From: a bacterium
GTDB lineage: Bacteria; SAR324; NAC60-12
DNA length: 64,000 bases
Direction of reading: 5' to 3'
Assembly: GCA_965209155.1 (NCBI GenBank)
Contig: OZ242383.1
Location: 2,336,001-2,400,000, forward strand
Below are positions 49,732 through 59,651 of this stretch, in pieces. Each line of letters starts with the position of its first letter. Position 1 is the stretch's first letter. A model generated the notes under the pieces. The model was given only the letters and a program-made list of their open reading frames with translations. It was not told the origin of the DNA and searched no databases. The position numbers and the translations under genes were made by a program.

Positions 49732-50445
49732 ATGGAAAAATCGGTAACTCTCACAATTGACGGGCAAACGGTCACCGTGTCTCGAGGCACTACTATTCTC
49801 GAGGCTGCCAATTCCCTGGATATCCAAATCCCGACCATCTGCTACCACCCTTCTTTGACGCCCCCCGCGATTTGCCGTATTTGTACTGTGGAAATAGAAA
49901 ATGAACGCGTGCTGCAACCTGCTTGCGTGTTTCCTGTGAGCGAAGGGATGGTCGTCAAAACCGACACGGAACGCGTGCAATCCGGTCACAAAGTGATTTT
50001 GGAATTGCTCGCATCTACGGTCGATTTGAACGAAGCCCCGGAAATACAGGAACAAATCCGGCAATTTAAAGCCGATACCAGTCGTTTCGCAGGGGGAGTC
50101 AAACGCGAGTTCGAAGTGATGGAAGACAATCCCTTCTATATTCGTGACTATTCCCAATGCGTCATGTGCTGGCGTTGCATACAAGTCTGCGCAGACGATG
50201 TACAAAACACCTTTGCATTGACCTGGGGTAAACGCGGAATCGAAAGCCACGTCTCCACTTTTATGGAAGACGGGATGCCCGGTACCACCTGCGTATTTTG
50301 TGGAAATTGCGTAGGTGTCTGTCCCACCGGCGCGCTCAAAGGATTGATTGAATATAACGAGGATCAGAAAAAAAAGAATCAAGAGCAACGCCTGTCTGAT
50401 TCATGTGAGCGAAATGCGCACTTTCCCGGACAGGAGACTTCGTAA
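49732..50445 (+). CDS. NuoG-N-like iron-sulfur subunit (2Fe-2S plus 2x4Fe-4S)
   Basis: [30 protein letters not shown]. Confidence 0.9.
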   Translation: MEKSVTLTIDGQTVTVSRGTTILEAANSLDIQIPTICYHPSLTPPAICRICTVEIENERVLQPACVFPVSEGMVVKTDTERVQSGHKVILELLASTVDLNEAPEIQEQIRQFKADTSRFAGGVKREFEVMEDNPFYIRDYSQCVMCWRCIQVCADDVQNTFALTWGKRGIESHVSTFMEDGMPGTTCVFCGNCVGVCPTGALKGLIEYNEDQKKKNQEQRLSDSCERNAHFPGQETS

Positions 50446-50464
50446 TCGTACGAAGCGCTTAAAT

Positions 50465-51214
50465 TCAATGTTGCAGGATTTGACTGAGGAAGAGCTTGGT
50501 GCGTTCGTGTTGTGGGTTTTCAAAAAATTCGTAGGGTTCATTCTCTTCGATGATCTCTCCTTCATCCATAAAAATCACCCGGTTTGCCACGGTTTTGGCA
50601 AAACCCATCTCGTGGGTAACTGCAATCATGGTCATGCCGGTATCTGCCAATTCTACCATCACTTCCAGCACCTCCTTGATCATTTCGGGATCCAGGGCTG
50701 AGGTCGGTTCGTCAAAGAGCATGATGTGGGGGTTCATGCAAAGACTCCGAGCTATGGCCACCCGTTGTTGCTGCCCTCCTGAAATCTGACCAGGAAATTT
50801 GTGGGCCTGTTCTGGAATCTTGACGCGCGTCAGGAATTGCATCGCTATTTCTTCGGCCTCGGCTTTTGGCAAATTACGCACCCAGATTGGCGCCAAGGTG
50901 CAGTTTTCGAGGTTGGTGAGATGAGGGAAAAGATTGAAGCTCTGAAAAACCATGCCCACTTCCCTCCGGATTTTTTCGATATTTTTCAAATCACTGGTCA
51001 GCTCGATGCCATCGACGACAATCCGTCCTTGCTGGTGCTCTTCCAGACGGTTGATGCAACGAATCAAGGTCGATTTTCCGGATCCGGAAGGACCGCAGAT
51101 CACAATCCGCTCCTGCCTCTGAATATTCAAATGGATATTTTTCAGCACGTGGAACTGACCATACCATTTGTGCATACCAACTATTTGAATAATATAGTCA
51201 TTCGTTGAAGCCAT
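50465..51214 (-). CDS. aapP: General L-amino acid ABC transporter ATPase
   Basis: [30 protein letters not shown]. Confidence 0.9.
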   Translation of the reverse strand: MASTNDYIIQIVGMHKWYGQFHVLKNIHLNIQRQERIVICGPSGSGKSTLIRCINRLEEHQQGRIVVDGIELTSDLKNIEKIRREVGMVFQSFNLFPHLTNLENCTLAPIWVRNLPKAEAEEIAMQFLTRVKIPEQAHKFPGQISGGQQQRVAIARSLCMNPHIMLFDEPTSALDPEMIKEVLEVMVELADTGMTMIAVTHEMGFAKTVANRVIFMDEGEIIEENEPYEFFENPQHERTKLFLSQILQH

Positions 51215-51268
51215 CTTGTCCTTCCGTCCCTGGTGAATGACGGAACCACTCACCAGGGTTTTGAAAAA

Positions 51269-52555
51269 TTACAAACCCGTGTTCAGCTTTTTTTCCAGGT
51301 AGAGAGAGTATCTTGACATACCGAAGCAACAAATCCAGAAAAAGAGAGCAACAAATAAGTAGACTTCATTTGCCAATCCTGCCCATTCGGCGTCAGCGAG
51401 GGATGAGCGTCCCAGACCCAGAATGTCGAGCATACCGATGATCAACACCAGGGTGGTATCTTTGAAGAGTCCAATGAAAGTGTTGACGATACCAGGGATG
51501 GATATCTTCAATGCCTGGGGCAGGATGATCAATCGCATGGCCTGCCAGTATTTCAATCCCAAAGAATCAGCTGCCTCAAACTGACCTTTTGGAATCCCTT
51601 GCAATGCTCCGCGTATCACTTCAGCAATATAACCGGATGCGAAGAACGTCACCATGATCAGCACGCGCATGAGCAAATCGAAATGAGTCCCTGGAGGGAG
51701 AAAATAATTGAGCATCGTCGAAGCAATGAACAAAAGCGCAATCAAAGGAACCCCCCGTATGAACTCAATGAAAACCACGCAAATTATTCGCAATGCAGGC
51801 ATGTTGGAAGTCCGCCCTAATGCCAATAGAATTCCAATCGGTAATGAAAATGAAATTCCGGTGACCCCAATGATGAGGGTCAGCATTACACCTCCAAATT
51901 CATCGCTCTCGATGATTGGTAGCTCGAAACCACTGAGGAGGGAAAAAATGTCGTTTATGAAAAAACCAAGTACTGAATAATAAACAATATACCACCACCA
52001 CCTGTATTTTCTTCCCAACATTCCTGCAAAAAAAGGAAGGAGGACCAATACCAATATAACGAAAAATGCGAGAATTGCGGAGTCTCCTTTCAAGAGCCAG
52101 GCGGCAATGAACGGGAAAGCAGCAGCGTAAAAAAGTCCATATTTCCTTTTCGGGGTCTTATCAAAAAGGATGGGGATCACTGCAACTATGAGGAGAACGA
52201 ATGAAAGATTGACTCGCCATCGCTCCACTTCCGGATAGAAACCGTAAATAAAAAGGCTGAACCGATTTTGGATAAATGCCCAGCATGCTCCTGCTCCGGG
52301 AGAGGTCATTTTGTCCCAACAATCCTTCCGTGAATTTGCGGTCCAGATGGATTCAAACACTACCCATTCCAATAATGGTGTTAAAATGAGCCAAATCAGG
52401 ATAATCCCCAAGAAGGTCAATAGAATATTCAGGGGGGTAGAAAAGAGATTTTTTCGCATCCAGCCTATGGCGCCGGTCGTTCTTGCAGGAGGCGGTAAAT
52501 CCGGGTGCGTTCCTGGAGCGTAATCTTTTTTGGTAGATCTTTCAGCCTGATCCAT
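51269..52555 (-). CDS. aapM: General L-amino acid ABC permease
   Basis: WMRKNLFS, GACWAF, RGVPLI, FKDTTLV. Confidence 0.88.
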   Translation of the reverse strand: MDQAERSTKKDYAPGTHPDLPPPARTTGAIGWMRKNLFSTPLNILLTFLGIILIWLILTPLLEWVVFESIWTANSRKDCWDKMTSPGAGACWAFIQNRFSLFIYGFYPEVERWRVNLSFVLLIVAVIPILFDKTPKRKYGLFYAAAFPFIAAWLLKGDSAILAFFVILVLVLLPFFAGMLGRKYRWWWYIVYYSVLGFFINDIFSLLSGFELPIIESDEFGGVMLTLIIGVTGISFSLPIGILLALGRTSNMPALRIICVVFIEFIRGVPLIALLFIASTMLNYFLPPGTHFDLLMRVLIMVTFFASGYIAEVIRGALQGIPKGQFEAADSLGLKYWQAMRLIILPQALKISIPGIVNTFIGLFKDTTLVLIIGMLDILGLGRSSLADAEWAGLANEVYLFVALFFWICCFGMSRYSLYLEKKLNTGL

Positions 52556-53764
52556 CTATTTTTCCACGAGTTTCATCTTTTTATTGAAGACGTTCATAAC
52601 GCCTGCTATCAGCAGGGAAAAGGCAAGATAGATAAGTAAAACAATTATCATGGTTTCCATTTCTTTGCCTGTCTGCATCAGCGAAATTCCACCAATCGTC
52701 GCAACCACGTCCATATATCCGATTGCGATAGCCAGAGAAGAGTTTTTAGTGAGGTTAAGATATTGACTGGCCAGCGGTGGGATGATGATACGCAGTGTTT
52801 GAGGAATCAAAATGAGTTGTAAGGTCCGATTGGGGCGCAATCCCAGTGAATATGCCGCTTCCGTTTGACCATAGTTGATTGCCAATATGCCACCCCGTAC
52901 GATTTCAGCAATAAAACACCCTGTGTAGTACGACAATGCCAGCCAGAGCGCAACGAATTCGGGTCGCAGTACGATGCCTCCCTTGAAATTGAATCCTTTC
53001 AATTCAGGGATTTCAAAACTCATCGGTATTCCTGATGCTAAAAACGTGATTCCTGTCAATCCAACCAAAACAGAGACTGAAGTCCAAAACACGGGATAAA
53101 TTTTTCCCGTCTCATCCTGATTTTTTTTGGCCCATTTCCTGAAATAAAATATAAATATAACCGAGACGACAATTGCAGCTACCACGATCCAAATTGCGGG
53201 CTCAAACTTTGGTCTGGGGACGAAAATTCCACGATTTGTCAGGAAGAAAGAATCCATGAAATTCATGGCTTGTTTGGGCACTGGTAAGGAATGGATGATG
53301 ATGGCGTGGACAAAGAGAATATGCAAAAGGATCGGAATATTCCGGGTGATTTCCAGAAAAACATAAACCAGGCGGCTGACGAGCCAATTGTTGGAAAGGC
53401 GTAAGACCCCCATGGTAAAACCCAACACGGTAGCCAGTAAGATGCCGAAAACAGCAATCAGAATAGTATTGATGACGCCAATGACGGCTGCTCGAAGATG
53501 AGTATCGGTAGGGGAATAGGAAAGGATAGGTTGGAAAGTGATATCATAGCCTGCCGGGATAAAAAGGAAACCAAAATTAAATTCCTTCCCGATGGCCTCC
53601 AGGTTATTGGCAATATTCCTCAGGATCAAAGCCACCAAGGTCAGAATGACGATCAGCGTGATGATTTGGATGATGACAGAACGGGATTCTTTATTGCGCC
53701 AAAGACGGAAAATCCAACTCCCTTCGGTTTGTGACAATGTAATCTCTGACATCGGCGCCGCCAT
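52556..53764 (-). CDS. aapQ: General L-amino acid ABC permease
   Basis: RLSNNWL, GFNFKGG, YLNLTKNSSL. Confidence 0.88.
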   Translation of the reverse strand: MAAPMSEITLSQTEGSWIFRLWRNKESRSVIIQIITLIVILTLVALILRNIANNLEAIGKEFNFGFLFIPAGYDITFQPILSYSPTDTHLRAAVIGVINTILIAVFGILLATVLGFTMGVLRLSNNWLVSRLVYVFLEITRNIPILLHILFVHAIIIHSLPVPKQAMNFMDSFFLTNRGIFVPRPKFEPAIWIVVAAIVVSVIFIFYFRKWAKKNQDETGKIYPVFWTSVSVLVGLTGITFLASGIPMSFEIPELKGFNFKGGIVLRPEFVALWLALSYYTGCFIAEIVRGGILAINYGQTEAAYSLGLRPNRTLQLILIPQTLRIIIPPLASQYLNLTKNSSLAIAIGYMDVVATIGGISLMQTGKEMETMIIVLLIYLAFSLLIAGVMNVFNKKMKLVEK

Positions 53765-53976
53765 CCATTGGGATTCTTTAACGATTGACAGATTTCTTCA
53801 TCGAGTCCCGGTACTTTATTTTCAGGGACAATCCTGAGATCCCAGAGAAAAGTAATGTTATGCCGCACTGGCTGAGAATCACCAATTTCCAATAACTACC
53901 AACATGAAAGGTACCAGCAACACGCCAGCGGAGTACTGACCCGTCGCCGGTACATTTTAGCAGGACTTTGCAAATC

Positions 53977-54993
53977 TTAGCGGAAGGGCGGAGAATATTG
54001 GAGTCCCCCTTCGGTCCAAAGGGCATTCAGTCCACGCTCCAATTTGATTGGAGTACTGGCTCCGAGATTGCGCTCGAAAATTTCGCCGTAATTGCCCACC
54101 ATTTTAATGATATTATAAGCCCAGTCTTGACTCAATCCGAGTTCTTGCCCCTGACTACCTTCTGTGCCGAGCAGACGTTTGATTTCTGGATCATTGGCAT
54201 TTTTCATCTGATCGACATTGGCAGAAGTCACGCCTTTTTCTTCCGCGGTGACTACGGCATTATAAACCCAACGAACGATGTCGGCCCATTGATCATCCCC
54301 TTGACGCACGGCAGGTCCCAGTGGCTCTTTGGAAATGATTTCCGGAAGAATGACATGGTTATCCGGATCGGTGAAGGTTGAGCGGGTTGCTGCAAGACCT
54401 GAAGCATCCGTGGTATATACGTCACATCGTCCAGCCAGATAGTTGGCTCGAGCCTCTTCATTGTTTTCGATGGTGACTGCTTCGTATTGCATGTTGTTGG
54501 TACGAAAATAATCCGCCAGGTTCAACTCGGTTGTTGTCCCGGTTTGAATGCAAACCGATGCGCCATCCAACTCTGAGGCACTATTGAGGCCCAGGCTTTT
54601 GTTGACCATAAACCCCTGACCGTCATAGTAATTGACACCCACGAAGGTCAGCTTGACATTCACGTCACGAGAAAATGTGATAGTGGTATTCCGCCAGAGA
54701 ACATCTCCTTCATTGGCGTTCAACTTGGTGAATCGAGTTTTTCCGGTAGCGGTAACATATTTGATATTGTCTGTGTTGCCAAGCACTGCCGCTGCTACGG
54801 CACGACAGAAATCAACATCGAAGCCTTGCCAATTACCACCCTCATCCGTATAAGCGAAGCCAGGGAGCCCTGTATTGATTATACAGCGTAATTCACCACT
54901 GCTTTTGATCTCATCGAGCGTGGCTGCGAATGCACTGAAAACAAAGGCGCTGCAGGCCATGAGCATCAATACTGTTTTTCCAATTACTTTCAT
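53977..54993 (-). CDS. aapJ: General L-amino acid-binding protein, paralog 2
   Basis: GFDVDFC, YYDGQGF, GTTTELN, ISKEPLGP, LQYSPPFR. Confidence 0.92.
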   Translation of the reverse strand: MKVIGKTVLMLMACSAFVFSAFAATLDEIKSSGELRCIINTGLPGFAYTDEGGNWQGFDVDFCRAVAAAVLGNTDNIKYVTATGKTRFTKLNANEGDVLWRNTTITFSRDVNVKLTFVGVNYYDGQGFMVNKSLGLNSASELDGASVCIQTGTTTELNLADYFRTNNMQYEAVTIENNEEARANYLAGRCDVYTTDASGLAATRSTFTDPDNHVILPEIISKEPLGPAVRQGDDQWADIVRWVYNAVVTAEEKGVTSANVDQMKNANDPEIKRLLGTEGSQGQELGLSQDWAYNIIKMVGNYGEIFERNLGASTPIKLERGLNALWTEGGLQYSPPFR

Positions 54994-55189
54994 AAATAAT
55001 CTCCTTTAAAAATGAGAAAAGTTGTCCAATGGAAATTGGACATGATTGAAAAATACGTATATATTTATGTAAAAATCTTTTTGAGTCAAGCCTAAAACGG
55101 ATTTCAGACAATATTTTTTCAAATTTTACACTTCAGCAATATTCCCGCGACTCCACCATTCTGCTGTCCGTGCACTAAAAACCACTGAG

Positions 55190-56206
55190 TTAGCGAAATG
55201 GAGGAGAATATTGCAGTCCTCCATCGGTCCAAAGGGCATTCAGACCCCGTTCGAGGCCAATTGGGGTGTTGGAACCGATGTTGCGCTCGAAGATTTCTCC
55301 ATAATTACCGACGGATTTAATGATATTGTATGCCCAATCCGCACTCAGTCCGAGTTCTTGACCCTGGCTGCCTCCTGTGCCAAGCAGGCGCTTGATTTCG
55401 GGGTCGTTGGCATTTTTCATCTGATCGACGTTGGCCGAAGTGACTCCTTTTTCTTCTGCGGTGACAATGGCATTGTAGATCCATCGCACGATATCAGCCC
55501 ATTGATCATCACCTTGACGTACGGCTGGTCCCAGAGGCTCTTTGGAAATGATTTCCGGAAGAATGACATGGTTTTCGGGATCCGTAAAGACGGAACGAGT
55601 TGCTGCCAGACCTGAAGCATCCGTGGTGTAAACGTCGCAGCGACCGGCTAAATAGTTGACCCGGGCTTCATCATTCGTTTCGATGGGTACCGCTTCGTAC
55701 TGCATGTTGTTCGAACGGAAATAATCCGCCAGGTTCAATTCGGTCGTTGTCCCGGATTGGATGCAAACCGACGCGCCATCCAATTCTGTGGCGCTTTCTA
55801 TACCCAGACTTTTGTTGACCATAAATCCTTGACCATCATAATAATTGACACCCACAAACGTCAGCTTGACGTTCACGTCGCGAGAAAATGTGATGGTGGT
55901 ATTTCGCCAGAGAACGTCTCCTTCATTGGCATTCAACTTGGTGAAACGGACTTTTGTGGTGGCAGTGACGAACTGAACTTTATTCGGGTCACCAAGCACC
56001 GCAGCCGCCGTGGCATAGCAGAAGTCCACATCAAAGCCTTTCCAATTTCCGGCATCATCCGTATAAGCGAATCCCGCAAGCCCCGGACTGATGATACAAC
56101 GCAATTCTCCTCTGCTTTGAACCTCCTCGAGCGTACCGGCGGATACGCTGGCAACAAAAACGCCACAAGCTATAAGCAATAATACGATTTTTACAATTAC
56201 TTTCAT
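55190..56206 (-). CDS. aapJ: General L-amino acid-binding protein, paralog 1
   Basis: Same motifs and same 338-aa length from ATG 56206. Confidence 0.92.
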   Translation of the reverse strand: MKVIVKIVLLLIACGVFVASVSAGTLEEVQSRGELRCIISPGLAGFAYTDDAGNWKGFDVDFCYATAAAVLGDPNKVQFVTATTKVRFTKLNANEGDVLWRNTTITFSRDVNVKLTFVGVNYYDGQGFMVNKSLGIESATELDGASVCIQSGTTTELNLADYFRSNNMQYEAVPIETNDEARVNYLAGRCDVYTTDASGLAATRSVFTDPENHVILPEIISKEPLGPAVRQGDDQWADIVRWIYNAIVTAEEKGVTSANVDQMKNANDPEIKRLLGTGGSQGQELGLSADWAYNIIKSVGNYGEIFERNIGSNTPIGLERGLNALWTDGGLQYSPPFR

Positions 56207-56486
56207 AATACAGTCTCCATTGAGGGGAAAAAATCGCCCAATGCGCATTGGACATGATTGAGAAATTCGAAAGTTTAATCTATACGAATACCATAAGAAG
56301 TCAAGGCCGAATCATAATTCAATTGAATGCATTAATCGAATGCTGAGAGCAATCATCCGTTCGATTAAAAATCTTTGAAGGCAAAAATTTTATCATGGGG
56401 CAATCCATGAATTATCCGGTACGGGTCGCAAAACACGTTATGTGGGGTACAACCCGACGAACCAATACCGTTGACTTCTGATTTCA

Positions 56487-57866
56487 TCAAGGAATCAATT
56501 TTCCCGGATTCATGAGATGGTCGGGATCCAGTGCTTTTTTGATACCGGCCATCACGGCAAGTGTCTGCCCGTGTTCGCTTTCCATGTATTGTAACTTGCC
56601 GTAACCGATGCCGTGCTCACCGGTACAGGTACCTCCCATTTTTAAGGCGCGCATGACCATGCGGTGACTGAGGAAATGGGCTTTCTCCGTCTCTGCTGGA
56701 GTATCCGGATCTACCAGAAAAATCATGTGGAAATTTCCATCACCCACGTGTCCGACCAGAGGAGCGAGCAGTCCGCTGGCCTGCACTTCTTTTTTAGTTT
56801 CCAGTATACATTCGGCGAGATGGGAGATCGGAACGCAGACATCCGTGGTCCATCCCTTGCAGCCCGGTCTGAGGGCTAATGCGGCATAGTAGGCATCATG
56901 ACGAGCCTGCCAGAGTTTGTTACGTTCTTCTTGTTTTCGAGCCCAACGGAAATCACCGCCTCCCTGTTCGCCAGCAATTTCTCCCACCATTTTTGCCTGC
57001 TCCGCAGCCGATTGTTCGGTTCCATGAAATTCAAAAAAGAGGGTGGGTTGCACGGGGTAATCCAGGTTCGAGAATTTGTTGACCGCATCCATCTGAATCT
57101 CATCCAACAGTTCAATACGGGCGACCGGGATTCCCAGTTGAATGGTTGGAATGACCGTATTGACTGCGCCTTCCAGGGATGGAAAGGAACAAACAGCCGA
57201 TGTGACAGCCTCCGGAATACCGTAAAGGCGAAGTTGGATCTCGGTGATCACTCCCAGCGTGCCTTCCGAACCGCAAAACAAATGAGTCAGGTCGTAACCG
57301 GCAGCTGTTTTACGGGCTCGTGTGCCCGTGCGGATGATCTGTCCGTCGGCAAGAACCACCGTCAATCCCAAAAGATTTTCTCGTATCGTTCCATATCGAA
57401 CCGCATTGGTACCCGATGCTCGTGTGGAAACCATTCCTCCCAGAGACGCATCGGCTCCCGGGTCAACCGGAAAGAACAAACCTGTGTCGCGTAAAGTATG
57501 GTTGAGCTGTTTGCGCGTAACACCCGCCTGAACACGACAATCCAGATCATCAGTGTTGACCTCCAGAACTCGATTCATTTCGGAAAGATCGATGCAAACA
57601 CCTCCTTTCAATGCTGCCACATGTCCCTCCAACGAAGTTCCCGTTCCAAAAGGGATGATGGGGGTCTGATAACGATGACAAATTCTCACTATTTCACTCA
57701 CTTCCTCGTTGGTACGAACAAATACCACAGCATCCGGAGGATAGGGTTTATGGAACGATTCGTCTTTCCCATGGTATTCCCTCACGTTGTGAGAGGTGGA
57801 AAATCGGTCATTTAACAGTGTTTGCAGTTCATCAAAACAGACTTTACTCGAAACAGTAGTTTTCAT
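56487..57866 (-). CDS. FAD-linked oxidase, D-lactate dehydrogenase (cytochrome)/GlcD family
   Basis: GTSLEGH, DPGADAS, GSEGTLG, GHVGDGNFH, TGEHGIG, MNPGK. Confidence 0.92.
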   Translation of the reverse strand: MKTTVSSKVCFDELQTLLNDRFSTSHNVREYHGKDESFHKPYPPDAVVFVRTNEEVSEIVRICHRYQTPIIPFGTGTSLEGHVAALKGGVCIDLSEMNRVLEVNTDDLDCRVQAGVTRKQLNHTLRDTGLFFPVDPGADASLGGMVSTRASGTNAVRYGTIRENLLGLTVVLADGQIIRTGTRARKTAAGYDLTHLFCGSEGTLGVITEIQLRLYGIPEAVTSAVCSFPSLEGAVNTVIPTIQLGIPVARIELLDEIQMDAVNKFSNLDYPVQPTLFFEFHGTEQSAAEQAKMVGEIAGEQGGGDFRWARKQEERNKLWQARHDAYYAALALRPGCKGWTTDVCVPISHLAECILETKKEVQASGLLAPLVGHVGDGNFHMIFLVDPDTPAETEKAHFLSHRMVMRALKMGGTCTGEHGIGYGKLQYMESEHGQTLAVMAGIKKALDPDHLMNPGKLIP

Positions 57867-58165
57867 TATTTTTGCCTTTCTCATCGGAAGTGGGCCAATT
57901 CGTTCGGACATAGTTACCACAACTGCAGACTCTGGTATAGTTAAAAATTCAACCTGAAGATTCCTCAATCACATTTGCAATGACAGTATTGAAGAATCTA
58001 TTTGTTTGAACTCAGGGTGATTTTATTAGTTGCGAAGCCTTGTAATGAAGGTCAGTCATCAACGTCAGCGCTTATTTATGGTTTTGAAACAATTTTAAGA
58101 GGTGGGAGTGTTCATTGAGGTCGTGCCTTGATACCTGCCTTGTCGAGAACGTCTTTAAACTGGGA

Positions 58166-58195
58166 TTGACACAAAAAGAGGAGAAAATGTATAAA
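58166..58195 (+). promoter_or_regulatory. Sigma70-like promoter of the lipoprotein/nuclease operon
   Basis: TTGACA-N18-TATAAA. Confidence 0.5.
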
Positions 58196-58239
58196 TCAAA
58201 TGAAGATATTATATGGTGTTCCAGATTTAGAAGCGGATT

Positions 58240-59649
58240 ATGAAATATCTCCAAAACAGAGCCGTTATGCGTAAGTTTAATTTGAATAAAGTACGAAATT
58301 ATTCAAATCGGTGTTTGATTGCTCTTACTCTGGTTTTTCTGCCAATTTTGAGCAGTTGCGACAGAATTAAAAACTTGGTCGGGCAAACTGAATCCGAACA
58401 TGTTCAGCAACTCAAAGCCCTCTCTGCCCGGTTGAACGAGCTCGAAAGCGTTGTTCAGCAGCAGGCGTCCGTCTTGCAACAGATACGTGAAAATGTCACC
58501 CCGGCCGAAATATCCCCGCAGTGGGAGAATCACCTGGAGCAGCTGGAAAACCAGGTCGCCAGCAGCGATAAATGGCCGAAGGACGCAACTGAAGCAGGAC
58601 AATTTTTCGAGAAAACATCCAACCTCGTCAATGGTCTGCCGGTTTGGGTCGAAGCGAACTATCTTCCGCGACTTTCCTTGGTCCGATGGGCTGCGATGGC
58701 TTTCAACAGCCTACAAAACGCTCAAGATGACAGGCAGTCGCTGGATCAACTCGAACAACTCGTCGACGAGATGCGCGAACTGGCTGACTTCAGTCCCGAA
58801 GGTGGTTCAGTAGACCTGGTCAGACGATTGCGCGAAAACGCTGCAGAAATTGAGAAGAAGGTTACCAAACGGCGGATCGCAGAAGCCGTCAGACAGGCGA
58901 AACTATACGTGAGTGAAACGAATGAAGGAGATATCCCGGCTGATATTTCAGAAATTGCCAGACTTTACGAGTTTTTGGAGTTGTACGAGGAGGACAATGA
59001 ATACGCTGATTTCACCGATGACGATCTTCCGGGTCTCCGGAAAAAGTTGTACAAAAAAATTGTAATACGTCAAGCCGAAGACCAGGTAGCCAACCTGCAC
59101 GCTCAATGGAAGAACGTGAAAGAAATGGTAAAAGATCAACCCCAAGCAGCGGTTGATGAAGTTGCCACCAGGATGCTGCTTCAACAGGTGACGTCAGCCC
59201 AGGTGGCCCTTGTGCTGGAAGGTATCGAGACACCAGTTTATAACGAGTTGGAGAAAGAACTACGCGCAGCAGTGGAGACCATAGATTTCCAATTGGAAAA
59301 ACGTCAAGCAGAAGCCATACGCGACTATCAGCGCTGGTCTCTCGAGGAAATTAAGGATTTTGAAACCGCATTTGAGGAGATCAAAAAAAAGGCGGAAGAG
59401 GAAGGGTCATGGTGGCGTCAAGATAATGGTGGATGGATTGACGACTACTATAAGGAAGTACAAGATGCCATGATCAAGCATCTCCTGCCGATCAATGTCG
59501 CCTTGTTGGACCTGCCCGTTCTGGAACGCTATCAACAAGTATTTCAAACAGGGTGGAATAAATTGGATGGACGTAAAGATCAAACATCCGTGGCCAAAGC
59601 TTCCGCAATTACCCGGAAAAGACCACTACGGGATTTCCTGGAGGACTGA
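58240..59649 (+). CDS. Hypothetical acidic coiled-coil lipoprotein (start 58240 or 58267)
   Basis: Basic N-region, hydrophobic stretch, LSSC lipobox, long Glu/Gln-rich helical body. Confidence 0.8.
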   Translation: MKYLQNRAVMRKFNLNKVRNYSNRCLIALTLVFLPILSSCDRIKNLVGQTESEHVQQLKALSARLNELESVVQQQASVLQQIRENVTPAEISPQWENHLEQLENQVASSDKWPKDATEAGQFFEKTSNLVNGLPVWVEANYLPRLSLVRWAAMAFNSLQNAQDDRQSLDQLEQLVDEMRELADFSPEGGSVDLVRRLRENAAEIEKKVTKRRIAEAVRQAKLYVSETNEGDIPADISEIARLYEFLELYEEDNEYADFTDDDLPGLRKKLYKKIVIRQAEDQVANLHAQWKNVKEMVKDQPQAAVDEVATRMLLQQVTSAQVALVLEGIETPVYNELEKELRAAVETIDFQLEKRQAEAIRDYQRWSLEEIKDFETAFEEIKKKAEEEGSWWRQDNGGWIDDYYKEVQDAMIKHLLPINVALLDLPVLERYQQVFQTGWNKLDGRKDQTSVAKASAITRKRPLRDFLED

Positions 59650-59651
59650 TC

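Noticed and set aside
58262..58275. gttatgcgtaa match to the attI junction suggesting the lipoprotein/nuclease operon is a gene cassette
   Set aside because: Only an 11-bp match; no GCATAAC or attC palindrome after 61031
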